Below are positions 27,401 to 42,400 of a stretch of 64,000 bases of DNA, one piece after another (positions within the stretch are counted from its first letter, which is position 1; the number at the start of each line of letters is the position of its first letter). Made by a program: the position numbers and the translations under genes. The stretch is from Callorhinchus milii. Lineage: Eukaryota. The stretch is from NCBI RefSeq assembly GCF_018977255.1, contig NW_024704743.1, forward strand, positions 113,958,001 to 114,022,000. The letters run 5' to 3'. The notes below the pieces were generated by a model. It searched no databases and had not been told where the DNA came from. It saw only the letters and a list, made by a program, of their open reading frames with translations.

Positions 27401-30400
27401 GTTCTTACATAGGAGTTTGGAAGCCAATATACAATACCCTTTGCCTTGTCACTGTGTTCCTTCAGTTGTAATGTTCACTTCAGCTTTATAGCAGTGAGAT
27501 TTCCTGGTTTTGTGCTGTTGCCCTGAAGCTTTCTTTGTGCTGCACACTGTGCCCATTTTTGTTTCCTAAATGTACTAATGGCCTTGATAACTGCTCTTTA
27601 CTGGGTCATTTGTTGATTGGTTACTGAAATATACCTAACCATAGTCAGCATAGACTGCTCCAAAGGAAGCTTGTGGCGTTTCCTCTATTCAGGAAAAGAG
27701 CCACTAAAACACTGCCCAATTTCAACTTTGAAAGCCAAAACACCTGTCGAGGTGTTCCTTTTTTCTATAGAATTCCCACTCCCTATCACATGATCCACTG
27801 TTCCCACTGGTGAAGCGATTGGCGCAGAGCGTTTTATCCTTCAATTTTCTTCCCTCCTCCTGCTCTTCATGCATCCTGGTGGGATTAATAACAGATTCTG
27901 ACCTCGCTCGTACCAGGCTCTGCACACCCATCATCCCAGTCCTCGCCATGCTCCACTGTCTCCCTCACTCTCAGCAGATCGATTTCAAGCTCTTCACCCA
28001 CCAAACTGTTTGTGGGACACTGCTGTGTGCAATTGGCTGCCGCGTTTCGCTCACAAATATACAGTCAATCCACTTAACAGCATAATCTGTGAAGCTCTTT
28101 GAGACGTCCAGAAGACGTGAAAAGCGCTATATCAAATGCACGGATTATTGTTATTATTATCCTTCCTTGTGGCAGTACTTCTCCCAAAGTGTCTATTTGC
28201 TTGCGAAATAGTCACTAGACCTCATTAAAAATCTTGTGAAGCACTTTGAGATGTTTAGACATAATAATAAGTTGCTATATTAAAGGATTATTTGACCATA
28301 CACAACTGATATTGTCCTCACCCACCCAATCTTCATGTTTGTACACTCTCCAGTGAAGATCACTGAATAATAATGGAGAGCAGGAGCCCCAAATGATTTT
28401 CTCAGTCGCCCCCATTCTCTCCTTGCTGCTGCCTGGGTGACATCAATTCATTTAGCACCGACCAGGCATCAAATCCTGCCTTATTATATTAGTGTCTTTA
28501 TCAACTGAGCCAGGGGTAAGGTTTATTTTCTACGCTATGCTTTGGAATTCCTAACTACTGTTCTCTGAAAATGGATGTGCTTTGGCAGGAAATTATATGG
28601 ATCTTTTTAAGAAACGGACAGTTGTGGAGTCCTGTAGCTCAGTGGTTAGAGCACTTGCTTTGCAAGCGAGAGACCTGAGTTCAATTCCAGGCAGGGCGAA
28701 ACCTTGGGCAAGTTTCCTTACTCCACACAGAGCCTAATAATAATCCCTCCAAAACTAAAAACAATAATTAACTTGGTCATTTTCAATCTACGACTGTTTG
28801 TGAGACATTGCTGTGCGCAATTGGCTGCCGCGTTCGCCCACAAATATGCAGTCAATTCACTTTACAGTGTGTTCTGTGAAGCGCTTTGGGACGTCCTCCA
28901 GACGTGAAAAGCGCTATATCAAATGCGAGGATTATTATTATTATTATTATTATTCCCACATTACCTGTATCTCGTACCTTTCTAATCTCAATAATGGCAG
29001 AGTGCAAGCCAAACAGTTATGGCCTGTGCGGTGTTGTGACTTGTATAGAATTGTGAAGTTCAATTTTAAATGAAGTTCAGTTTTATTAAATGCTTTTGTT
29101 TTTAATATCCTGTTAAACTACAGCAGCACACATCCCTCTTTACAACAAAAGATCCATTATGTACTGTTTTATAAACTTCCTATATAAGGTGTTGAATATT
29201 TTCCTGTACTCAGCTTGTTACTAAGTCCAGGTCTGTTATAACATGTGGTGAGGGGAGAGTCCTTAAAACGAAACTAAGTTCTAATGCATTATAACAACAA
29301 CAACTTGCACTTATTAGCGCCCTTCACGCGGGGTAGTGTCCCGGGTGCTTCGTGGCCGCTTGCACTTGCTTCTGAGTTTGTCGTACTAGTCACTAATATT
29401 ACTGAGCCCTGCATCATGTTAAGGAAACTAGCACGTCAGCACTAATTCCTCTTACAATCATTTCTTGTGTTTGATAGAAGCAGGTAATCATGATTCCAAA
29501 GGTCTACCGTGTTACTTTGTTTATTGTTGCTATTGTGATACAGTACTACCTCTACTATACTACCATTCGCATAATGTCAGATCTGCATCACACTCATTAC
29601 CTTTTGGAACCATTTCCATTGCAACATTTAAAAGGGAATTGAATAAATACTTGAAGAATCAGATACAAACGGGATGGTAATAGAATACTTATCTTCACTG
29701 TGAAACCAGCACTACGCAAGCAAAGTCAAATAATACTGAAATTTATCTAATTTTTTTTTACCCCTCACCTCCCACATACACCACACTATTCCTACACGAG
29801 ATAAAGCAAGAGAAAAATGTTTCACTGTTGTAAAAAAATAATGAATAATTGGCAATGGGCATAAAATCGTGTAGTTTTATGGTTTATGGTCTTTAATTCC
29901 TTATAGAACTATAGAAATGTATGACACAGACGAAGGCCATTCAGCCCATAGCATCTGTGCCAGCTCCCTCAAGAGTAATTCTTTCAGACCAATTTAGCTG
30001 CTGCCCCTAGACCTTTTTAAGGTATCTGTCTCATTTGCTCTTGAAAGTCAATATGGATTTTGCCTCAACTACTGCTCCCAGTAGGGCATTCTGTCCTGTA
30101 GTTCACTTCCAGAGATCTGTGTGCATGTGAAATTTTAAAATGTCAACATACAGTAAACTCTGGATAACTCGACCCTGCCTTAACTAATCCCTATCATTTA
30201 AGTTGTCATATCGCTAATATCCTCACTGCTTCCCATATAAACTATTGATAAGGGGCACTCGGAACTCCACTTAACATTTAACTCATCGCATTTGTAGAAA
30301 TGTTTGTAAGTATTCCAATCTAAAATTGATCAGGTAACTATCCTGTGACTGGTGTGGATGCTTGGGTTGCCAGCTCTGGTTGGACGTATTCAGGGAGGAA

Positions 30401-33400
30401 TGGTTGCTATTGTAAAATGAGACAGCACTGACTTTACAGTAGCATTGTAAAGTATCGTAAAGTCCTAATAATGTCCCGAAATCTCGAATTCGCTATGATT
30501 TTTCTCCCGGGTTACTCGTAGTAGTGTCTGGGAGATTAATCTTGAGTTCCTGGAGACTCCAGGACTATCTGGGAGGGTTGGCAACTACAGTGGGTCCTCG
30601 TCGGAGTTTGTCATGCTCATATTTCTGCAGTGAGAGGGTGCTGGCTGAGCGAGCAAGATAGAGCGGCCTGGGGGGATAGGGTGAGGACCAACAGCTAACT
30701 TCAGATAATTCATCGCTGGATCTTTTTCACTTCGAGTGATGAATTTTCCAGAGTTCACTGTAATGTATACATTGACTGCATTTCCTGTCAAAATAACCTA
30801 TATTCTTTGTCTCAAATTCAATACATCTGCAGCTCCTACATCACAAATCCGATGTTCCTTCAGCTCCTAAGTTGCACAGCATCTTGAAACAGAAATGCAG
30901 CACCACAACGGTAAGCATAATTGCAATTATTCACTGTCTTGTGCGTACAATAAACGGTAACTATGTCAGTAAATTATACAGCCATTATTTCAAATGAGGA
31001 TAACCAATGTCATCTTAAACTGTCAAGACTAGGTTTTTGCAGTTTATGTCACCATAGATTCATAGACAGTACAGCTCAGAAACAGGCCATTCGGCCCATC
31101 CTGTCAGGCTGGTGTTTATACTCCACATGAGTGTCTGTCCTGGATTCACCCCTGGTCATGTATCCTGGCTTCTTCCCCATATCCTTCAACTTTATTTTTT
31201 CTGTCTCTTTTTAAATTTGTACATGGTTGCCACCCCAACAACCAACTGCGGCAGAGAATTCCACACTCCTTCCACTCTCCGTTCTGGATCTCCCAGTTCT
31301 GTTTGTAAAACCATGATTTCTAGTTCAAGAACCCCACTCTCCCAGAAATGATCTTTCCCTGTCCGCCCTATCTAAGCCACAGATATCTTTACAGCTCTGT
31401 CATATCCCCTCTCAGCCTTCTGCGCTCCAAAGAAAAAAGTCTATCGAGCCTTTTGACAAACTGCATTTTCTCATTCCAGGCAACATCCTGGTGAATCTTC
31501 TCTGTACTGCCTCTAGTGCTTAACATCTTTCCTTCCTATAATGAGGAACCCCAAAACTGCACATCGTACTCCAACCATTGTTTTGTATCAATTCAACACA
31601 ATCTATCCTTATACTCTCTTCCAAGCTATAAATCCAAAAATCCCATTGGCTTTTTTTAAATGGCTTTATCCAGCTGGGTCACTACCTTCAGTGGCATCTG
31701 AATCTGCACTACTAGTCTTCTAGCCCTTTAAGATTTATCTCCTCTAAGTTATAGGTAAGTTTCCTTACTCCACACGCCTAATAATAATCCCTCCAAAACT
31801 AAAAACAATAATAAATTGGTCATTTTCAATCTACGACTGTTTGTGGGACATTGCTGTGCGCAATTGGCTGCCGCGTTTGCCCACAAATATACAGTCAATT
31901 CACTTTACAGTGTATTCTGTGAAGCGCTTTGGGACGTCCTCCCGACGTGAAAAGCGCTATATCAAATGCAAGGATTATTATTATTATTATTAGGTTCCTC
32001 CTATGTTCTCCTCCCAAAATGAACTACCTCACATTTTTTTCATTAAACTTTATTATCTGCCATTTGTCTGCCCGTTCAGCCATCCTATCAATATCTACAT
32101 GTATTTTGATCCTCCTCTGTATTTACTATTCTCACTATCTTTGTATCATCTGCAAACTAAGATTTTTCCCACAAATCCTAGATACAAATCATTTATATAC
32201 AGGATGAAACATAGTGGTTTCAGATATTTGATTATGGTCATGTAATTCACTGAAGAGCATTTACTTTGCATTGAACACGTAGCTGCCACTGTGTTTTCAC
32301 TAAGTGAAATAATACCTGTAACATCATCCAAGAGTGGTACTTTCTTGGAGTGGGACACCAGTCTATCTTTTTAAATTTCTCAAAATTTGAGTGATCTTGA
32401 AAAGTATATTTTAATGATACACCAACCAGTTCTACCTTTGTTTAGCTTTACACCCACATGGCTTTAAACTCTGTTGGTGTACTATAAATAAAAAAAATTA
32501 GTTTACAAAAGAGTTTTTAAAACTGGGGACAAAAGTTTAGTTCCTCTTAAAACCCGATCAGGCTTGAACATACAGTTGACAGGCAATTAATTGCCTTGTT
32601 ATTAACAGATCAGCAGTGACTTGGATAACTTAGAAGAAATTCTTGATGACCTGCAGAACAGTCAGTTATCGCAGCTTTTCCCAGACCCGAGGACAGTGCC
32701 TGGCAGTGGACCAGTCGACAAACAGAGCATCTTCCAAGACCTTCTGCAAATTGGCAGTGAAAGTGGCTCTGGACCATCTCTTGGAACACAGAAACCATTA
32801 CCTGGGATGTTACAAAGCGGTAAGTTTTATTTTTTAAAGTTATTTCATTTAAATGGTTTTTCTATTTTAAAATGTGCAATTAGTAAATCCAGATTTAGTA
32901 ACATTACAAGAAAAGAAGAAAACTAAGCTTGTGATAGTCCAGGAGGTAAATTCAATACCGAGTGTGGTAATAATCCACATGAAGGTTACAGATTCAATGG
33001 AATCGGCTAGTTGATCTCCCTACAATTGTTTGTGTGCATTGGTGTGAATATGTGTGAATGAGGATCGATTTTACTTGGGGTGATTCGCCCCTCACTTGAA
33101 TAGCCTGCTGGTGCACACTTTCTAGAGTAACAGAAATGACCTTTTGGGTGAGGAAGGCATCTGTGCCTGTACCCCAAGTGTGAATCAGACAACAAAAACA
33201 TGCATTTATATAGTGTCCTTCATGTAGGTTAATGTCTTGGAGTGCTTTACAGTGATTGGGTCAGATGCCGATCAGAGGAAGAGGGAGGTGACCATAGGCG
33301 TAGTTAAAAAAGAGGTTTTAAGATGGAACTTGAAGATCAATAGGAGACTTGAGGGAGAGAGTATCTAGAGGTTAGGGGCATAGAATTGGAAAGCCCACAT

Positions 33401-36400
33401 TACAGAGGGAGTGAGCAGCGGAGTGTCACAGGAGAACATCAAAAAGATAGGGAGATGCTAGGGCATGTAGATGCTAGGGATTCATAGGTAAGGGAATCGA
33501 TCCATTGGGAGATGGTGGAGCTTGGTGAGGACTGGAGTGATGGATATGGAGTTTGGAGCAGGTGAGGATGTGGGTGGCAGAGTTATAGTTGGTTGAAGTT
33601 TGTGGGCGGTTGAGTTAGGAATCAAAGTGAAGAGTTCATCTGAAAAGATTGGAAGGAGGAGAGAACGTTGAGGAGGTTGTAATACTCTGAGCCGTAGGAT
33701 TTGTTGGCTTGGACAAAGTGTTAAATCACACATTTGTGATTTGAGGGTGACTCAGATTGCAGATCTATTTAAATATACAAAGCTGTTTATTTTTGACAGT
33801 ATGAAGATCATTAGTCCTAACACTCAACTTGTGGTTAGGTTACTCACCTAACACATGAGTGTTGTTGAGAGCAATGCGCACGTTTGTGTGTGCATCCTTT
33901 GCTTATTAAACTATTAAACTTAAATTAGACAATAACAGCTGATTATATGGATATTCTCTTGACAACCCTCCCCCATTAAACCAAGTTTCTTTCTTCAGCT
34001 AAGTGTGCTTGGTATTTTTAATCATCTCTGCTGCTATCTGATATATGATGGAATTAATCAATTACATACAGTATCCCACATTTAAATCCCTCGATGGTCT
34101 TGCCCCACCCAACCTCGGCAGCCCATTTCACCTGTATCAACCTGGCTATTCCCTTTTCTCTGCCGACATTGGCCAACTCTATGCCCCTGCTTTATCAGCT
34201 CCACTATCATCAGGCAGGTTCTGTCAATTGGTGCCTGCTCTTTGGAACTCCATTTCTAGGTCCCTCAGACTTGCACCCTCCTTCCCCTCTTTCAAGGTAA
34301 GTCGCAACATGTACCTCTCTGACCATCTTTTCCCATCCTCAATGCCCTCCCACAAACTCCTTCCTCGACTCCGATGTCCAGCCAGGGCTTTGGGACATCC
34401 TCCTGACAAGAAGGGCTCTATATAAGTGTAATACTGTATTTTGAATCTAATGGGTTTTATAAAACAGCTAAAACAACTTGCATTTCCATAGTGTCCCCAA
34501 GTGTTTGCACGTTTTATACATTTCCACATTTAATCTAGTTTTAGTTTGCCACTTTCTAAAGTCCTACTCTTTTAGTTTGTACATGTCAGGGGGACTGATA
34601 GTTAGAATTGTGTACTTCCCTCTGCAATTTTTGGTAGTACCTTTCACTTCCCATAGAACAGCGTTTCATCCTTCTGTATACAATTGTTGTTGAAAAGTGC
34701 TCCATCCAGTGGCCTGTGCAAGAACTAATAAAATTAGTTCATTCCAGACCTATGTTTATGTACTCTACACATATATAATCTACACACACACATGCATATA
34801 ATATATATATATATAGAAATACACTATTATGTGTGTGTAGATTATATATGTGTAGATATACATGTGGGGTAACGACAACAAAATTACATTTGTTTAGTGC
34901 CATTCACGTTGGAAGGATGTCCCAAGGCGCCGGACAATCAGTGTTTCGAACCCGAGCTGGGGATCGGGTTGGGTGGAGGGCACTGGGGGAAGGAGGGTGA
35001 CCAAGTGCATGGTTGAAGAGGAGGGTCTTGAAGGAAGCAAGGGAGGGGCCGAGGCGAAGGGACTGCGGGTTGGAGTTCCAGAGGGTGGAGGCAAGAGTGT
35101 GTGAAGCCCCGCCAACCAATGTTAGGGCGGGCGAGATGGGAATAGTGAAGCAGGCTGATGCCTGCTGAGCGGAGGGAGTGGTCAGGTTGGTAGGGGGTTA
35201 GGAGGTCACAGAGATAGGGTGAGCAAGGCCATGGGGGATTTGAAAGTGAAGACCAGGATCTTGAACTGTATGCTCTGTGTGTTGGGAAGCCAGTGGAGTC
35301 AAGATGGGGGTGATCGGGTCGTGGAGCTTGGTGCGGGAGAGGATACGGGCTGCAGAGTTCTGGATAATTTGCAGCCTGTGGAGGGAGGAGTTGGGGAGGT
35401 CAACAAGCAGGGAGTTTGCTTAGTCGAGCCAGAATGTTATGGATGTGTGTACGAGAGTTTCGGCGGCCTGTGTTGTGAGACAATGGTGCAGCCGGGTGAT
35501 GTTGTGGAGGTGGAGAAAGGCGGAGCGGTTCATGGCACAGATGTAGGGTATGAAGGACAGTTGAGGGTTGAACAGGACCCCGAAATTCCGTATTGGCTCT
35601 GTGAGATGTAGGGTGCATCCAGGCAGGGATTTGCTCTCAGCAACAGAGGTATGGAGGGGTTGATGGGAGCCAAGCAGGAGGGCCTCGGTCTTGTTGACAT
35701 TCAACTGCAGGAATTTAGCTCTCATCCAGGACTTGATGCCCGACAAGCAGTCTGTGAGGACAGCAGTGGTCCTGGAGTCAAGGGTGGGGCAGAGAGGCAG
35801 AGTTGGTTGTCATCTGCATACATGTGGAAGTTGTCTACATCCCATGTCTGCGGATGATGTCACCAAAAGGAAGCATATAGATGTTGAAAAGTAGAGGGCC
35901 AAGGGCAGAGACCTACCTGAGGGACACCATACGTGACGGTGCAGGGGCTTGAGATGAAGCCGTTAGTGGCAACAAAGTGGAGACGGTGGGAGGTGTAGGA
36001 TTCAAACCAGACAAGGGCAGGTCTGTGAAGGTAATGAAGAAATGACTCTGGTCTGGAGACCCAGCTCCACTGTTAACATTCAAGGTGCATTTAGCCATTC
36101 TGATTTGCAGAAGATGTCACACCTGTTCCAGGAAAGCTATTTTTAATTGATGTTTATTTCCCATTAATTTCGCTTTTTATCTTCTGCTCCGATGCTTTTA
36201 TGGGCTAACCTAAATATTTTTTCTGTTGAAGAAACACTAGCTGCAATTTTTGGATTGAGAGTAAAATGTGTTTCTTTACTAATTGGTTCATCCTTGGGGA
36301 CAAGTATTCTAATTAGCATCTAGTGTTTCATGATTAGTTCTGGACCTGGATCTATATTTACTATATGTCCCTACACCTCTGGAACTCCTTCCCCCTGCAC

Positions 36401-39400
36401 CTCTGTGTCATCCCTCTGTCTTTAAATCCTGCCTAAAAACCTCCTATAGTTATCGCCTATAGTTATCTCTCTCTCTCCCTTAGTCAGCACTCAAATCCAT
36501 CATTGTTAACCTCTCTTGAGACGTTATCTAAAGTGATGGGTATACAAATGCAAGTTATTACTGTCAAATTTCTGTTGTTTCTCCAGCTAAGAGAACTTGA
36601 CATGCTTGGCCTTGGTAAATCAGATAACTTCTCATCTGCTGCACCAAACCACAAGTTAACTGAGTTTGAAACTTAATTGAGTTTTTTGTAGTAAAGGGCA
36701 TACTGGTTAGATTATTTTGATTATCTCCCAGATATGCTGGGGCCTGGGACATTCCATCATAGTAAAGATCTGGCAAATACTCATTCTGCTCAGTGGATGT
36801 GAGTCTAATGCTTCCTGAAAGCTAATCTGGAATTCAGCTTCTTGATGTAGTCCTTTTTCCTCCATGTAGGAAGAGTAGTTTTTTTAAAACAAAAAAAACC
36901 CATGACTGTAATTTTTACTTCAGTATTGGCTAATGCATGTTTATTTTCCTTTTTTCAATTCCAATTGTAGCTTTCAGTAACACTCGAGGTGTGCAACCAG
37001 CCAGACAACAGCAACAAGGTCGAAATGTACCAATGGAAATGCACGTGCAGGCTCAGACAAGCCCAGGATCTTTCCCACCAATGCGAAACAGTGGCCCCTA
37101 CTCAGTAATGCCACAGCAACTGTTGAGTAATCAGACGATGATGGGAAGTCCAGGAAACTTAGGAGCAAGTGCAGGTACGTTCCATCAGTAGCAGCAAGAT
37201 AACGTGACCTTTGTGCTGTTTGTTTTCACTTTATTTGTCTGTTTACTGCAAGAGTACAATGCATTATGGCCAAGCCCCACTGTCTCCCCATCACCGAATG
37301 GATCGACTTCAAGATCTTCACACTCTTGTTCAAATCCATTCGCTCCCTGGCATCTCCCTATCTCTCCGACCAACTCACCCCCCAATCCACCAGCCAGCGC
37401 CTCCACTCGACTGACACCGGCCTCCTGCTCATCGCTCGCACCCTCCGCCCCACCATCGGAGGTCGTGCTTTCAGCCACTACGCCCCAAAACTCTGGAACA
37501 CTCTCCCTCAGTTCCCCCGCTGGCCCCTCTCTCCCCTCTTTCAAGTCCCGCTTGAAAACTTTCCTCTTGGACTGTGCTTACGGCTACCTCCCGCCTCCCC
37601 CCGCCGGCTCAGAGTCAGGCTACGCCACTGTTAAGCGCTCTGAGACCTTGCCCTGCATAGAAGGCACTATATAAGTGCAAGGTATTGTTCTTGTATTCAA
37701 GGTAACATGACCTAAAGGAAAACTACTTGTTTTATGCAAAAAACATTATTGTTGAATAACCAAAACAAACATAGGAAAACATTTTTTAAGTAAATGCTGT
37801 TGTACATTAAATGAAATATTTTGAATGTATAATTTTGCCACATTTCTTTCCTTCGCTTTCTCCTCTACCAAAGGTAACAGACTCTTGGGTTGCATTTCAT
37901 GGGTGCTACATGCTATCTGGCAACGTGGCCAAATGATCATTCTTAATGTGTAAACCTGGAGAGTGAATTTTAATCACTATCACAAATGATTTTGATCATC
38001 GAGTGCGTCATAATGGAGATTGATCCTATTCTTATTCAGTATCCATGCATTTCCCAGGAGGGGTCACTGGATAGTGATTTGGCTGAGATTGTCCAACTGT
38101 GCGTACAGTGGGAATTGATTGTGTGACCTGCTTGTCATGGCTTTACCCACTTGGTCATCAGGAAACTTGAAAGATATTTCATTCGGACATTTAACCAGTA
38201 GCATGATTTCAAATGTTACAAGCCTTTCACAGACCTATAATCCTCTCATTCCTGGTAATAAAATTATCTTATAAAATGGAGGAACAGGCTCGAGGGGCTG
38301 AATAGTCTGTCCCTGTTGCTGCGTTTCTATGTAATGGTACAACATCTCCCAGGGCTGTAATGGGAACATATATTGTGACAGTTGTGTGTCCCACCAATTT
38401 TTATTTCATGTTCTTATTCATATGAGTTTCTGACCTCTGTGTGCTATTGAACAGATTATATAAATGTATATAATCCACAGAATGAAATGCCACAGAATGA
38501 AAATCATAGAACAAATCCCCCTAGTTTGATTTTGCTTGTCTGCTTGCACTCTGAGATGTATAATGTGGAGCAGAGAGAGAGAGCCTAGAAAGGGTATTTT
38601 GACACTGGACTGCCAGTATTAATACATGAAAGTTGCATGAAAAAGTCTGATCTTAAGTTCGTCATATTTAGATATTTTGCTTTGATCAGTCTACATCTGT
38701 TTTGTGATTTTTATGTACAACATAGATAATAATAATAATCCTTGCATTTGATGTAGCACCTTATCACGTCTTCAAGACGTCTCAAAGTGCTTCGCAGAAT
38801 ATACTGTAAAGTGCAGTGATTGTGTATTTTATGGGCGAAACGCGGCAGCCAGTTGCGCACAGCAATGTCCCACAACCAGTTATGGAGTGAGTGACCAAAT
38901 TATTATTTATTTAAAAATTATTTGAAATTGTTAAATGATGTGTATAATTATGAATTGGTCTGCTCCTCGTAAGGCAATGCAGTTGTGCTAGAATTTTTTT
39001 TTATTAGTTGTTTTGTAATCAGACAGTTTGACCAAATCAGAGGGCTATTCAACTGGATTGTAGTGATTCATTTTCATGTTGTATTGTTTAAACCAGCTTT
39101 GTTTCTATCGTGGGAGGGATTCAGATGAAGATTAATCTTATCCATTCCTGGAATACCAATATTCCATCCTATTCCATCCGGCAAATGGATTTCAATGTGG
39201 ATAAGTGTGAGGTGATACACTTAGGTAGGAAAAATGTTAGGAGGCAATATAGACTTGGTAGCTCAATCTTAAGGGGGGTGAACGTACAGAGAGATCTGGG
39301 TGTTCAAGAAAGCGAATCATTAAAGGTAGCGGGGCAGGTAGATAAGGCAGTAAAAAAGGCATTTGGTGTACTGAGCTTTATTAGTAGGGGCATAGAGTAT

Positions 39401-42400
39401 AAGAGTAGGGAGGTTATGGTTAATCTATACAAAACACTGGTTAGGCCTCAGCTGGAGTACTGCGTTCAGTTCTGGGCACCTTACTTCAGGAAGGACATTA
39501 AGGCACTGGAAAGGGTGCAGAGGAGATTCACGAGAATGATACCAGGAATGGGGAACCTTAGCTATGAGGACAGGCTGGAGAAGTTAGGACTTTTCCCATT
39601 AGAGCAGAGAAGGTTATGCGGGGACCTGATAGAGGTCTTCAAGATCATGAAAGGTTTCGACAGGCTGGATAAGGAAAAGCTGTTTCTGCTGGTAGGTGTG
39701 TCTGTGACCCATGGTCACAGTCTTAAGATATCTACCAAAAGAAGCAGAAGGGCGGTTAGAAGAATTTTTTTCACTCAGCGAGTTGTTCGAATTTGGAATG
39801 ATCTGCCTGAAAGGGAAGTGAAGTCCGATTCGATAACAGCTTTTAAGAGAGAACTGGATAGATATCTGGGGAAGACGGCTTTGCAGCGTTATGGGGAGAA
39901 TGCTGGTGATTGGGGTTAGTGAAAGTGACTTGCTCTGTCAAAGAGCCGGCACAGACTCGATGGGCCGAATGGCCTCCTTCTGTGCCGTAACATTCTATGA
40001 ATCTATGAATTACAACATTAAGCAGTTTCTTAAATAAGTTGGGTATCATGGCTACCACCTTCCAGGTGTTAATTGCCCTCTATGTGAATAAATGCTCCAT
40101 GGTGTCCTAAAATAGCCCTTCACAATTGAACTTGTGCCATCTTGTTCTGTTGCTTTGATGTACACTTGAACTATCCTGCTTGACCCATCTCCTTCAATGG
40201 TTACCCCTCCCACTCTCAGTCACCTGCAGAAAGAATGTGAATTGATTGTGTGACTTTCTTGTCTTAGCTTTTCATGTTTTTACCCTCATTGCCATTGGGA
40301 AACTCGTACCTCAAGTGTCTTTACTCAGTTCCCCCCCTTTTCTTCATCGACATACTTCCTCTTGACATCATCTGCAGACATGAGGTCAACTTCCACAGAT
40401 GACATGCAGATGACACCCAAATCTACTTTTTTTTCCCCCCCTCTAGTCACAATCCCAAGTTCACTGATGTTTTGTCAGCCTGCCTGTCGGATATTAAAGC
40501 CTGGATGAGCACTAATTGACTGCAGGTTAAAGTGGACATGCCCATCACCCCAATCCTCAGGTTCCACCTGCTTCCTGTTTTGAAACCGATTGATGTTTAT
40601 GTTCCTTACCATCGCAGAAGTCCCTTCACACCCTAACACCTTCCTGCTCTTCTGACCTGCTCACACCCCACTTCTCCACCTCTTTCTCTCAGCTGATACA
40701 GGCTTACTGCGTGATCTCCTACCCCTTCTGTGGCACAATTGGTGATCATGCCTTCAGCCACTGCACCCCTAATTTCAGGAACTCCCTGCCTGAATCCTTT
40801 CACCTTGCCCTATCTATCTTTAAATCCGCCTGAGGACCTACCTCGTCGACTACACTTTTGGTCACCCTCCTCCCATGTCCAGTGTCCAACCATGCCACTG
40901 TACATTGTTCCATAACTTAGCCTCCTTGGAAATCAGTATGTAAATACAAGTTATTGTAGACTTTCTCTCTTATTCAGCATTGTAATGCATCTCTAAGGTC
41001 TTTCTGAGATTGTTTGCAAAGCTGCACAGCTGTGACTTATTTTGTCAGTTCTGACAACTCATTCTGCTGTAATTGGGCTTGCTGTCCATTCTATCCTCTG
41101 TGTTGTCTCGAACATCTGGGCACCTCCCTTGTATCACAGTGATTAAAACTCCAGAAAATGATCAGACCACAGCCAAAGAACTTGAGCATGACCTCCAGGG
41201 ATCTATCTGATTTAGTGTTCTAATCCAGCATCCTGGTTGCATGTTTATTGCTGTTTTACACAGTTTGGTAACAGTGAGTCAATTGACACCCACGTGAATT
41301 TCAGCTTCCTGCTTGATAAATTTTATTCCATCCATGTGTCTCCTACTTTCACTTCCTGTTTGCAGAACCATGCATTAATCCTCATTGAACTTAATTTGTC
41401 AGGAACGGGCTAGGGTGCATATCCTGTCATGCTCTTTGTAAGATCTTGGCTACGTTATTTCATTCCATAATATTTACAAGCTTGGAGTCATCTACAAATT
41501 TAACTGCCTTGCATTGAATCTGTAGATACTAGTAATTTATTAAAACTGGGAATTAAAATAAGACCAGAGTACTGAAGATTTTCTCATAATTGTAAATTCC
41601 AAATAGGTGATGTAATCTTGGTTACTCGTCTCTTGATATAGCTGCTCATCACGTCGTTGAGACGACTCAGAATATATTATAAAGTGTATTGACTGCAAGC
41701 GAAACGCAGCAGTCAATTGTGCACAGAAGTGGGAAGCTGTGGGCATCACTTGGGCCGGGCCGCTCACCGGGGAGGGGCGATGGTGTGCACTAGGAGAGTT
41801 GGGCCAGCAGGGGGCTGTCTATACACAGACCACAGAAATTTTTGGCTCGTAGAAATTTTTAAAATAATTTGTTTTGGGCCCTGTCCGACTCGGTTTCATT
41901 TCAAGCCAGAGGTTTACTGTATATGAAAGGAGTTTGAAGTGGTATGGGCATAGAGCAGGGCAGTAGGTTTGAAAGAAAAGCTTGCTCTGAGAGCCTGTGC
42001 AGGTTCGATGGGATAAATAAGCCCTATTCCGCTCTACAAATTTCTGATTCTTTACTGTTACAAAGTCTAGATTGATGTATACATGAATTTATTAACATTA
42101 AATCCTGAGATCATACATAATCATTTTGCTGAATCACTGATCCCTCTTTTAGATTCTAGTGCATTAATTATTTTCTATTCATCCACAACAAACCATATTT
42201 GCCCCCCATCAGCCCAGCAAAATGATCAAAATTCTTTCCATGTGCATTAATTGCATACTGATACTTGAGAGGTTTGGAGAAAGCCAGAACACCCAGTATT
42301 TGTGGGCCAATATGCTACACTTGCTCACTGTTGTATGTTGACTCAAAAAATAGTAAGTGTCATAAAACGTATGACCTGAAGTGTGACTAACCATAGCTGT

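Noticed and set aside
28624..28700. tRNA-Ala(TGC) gene (also at 54315-54390 and 46670-46745)
   Set aside because: It has A/B boxes and an anticodon arm but continues directly into a SINE body and tail, so it is a SINE head rather than a tRNA gene.
39110..39919. 269-aa ORF as an independent host gene
   Set aside because: It is the C-terminal part of a CR1 LINE ORF2; the catalytic RT core is missing and the N-terminus comes from flanking DNA.
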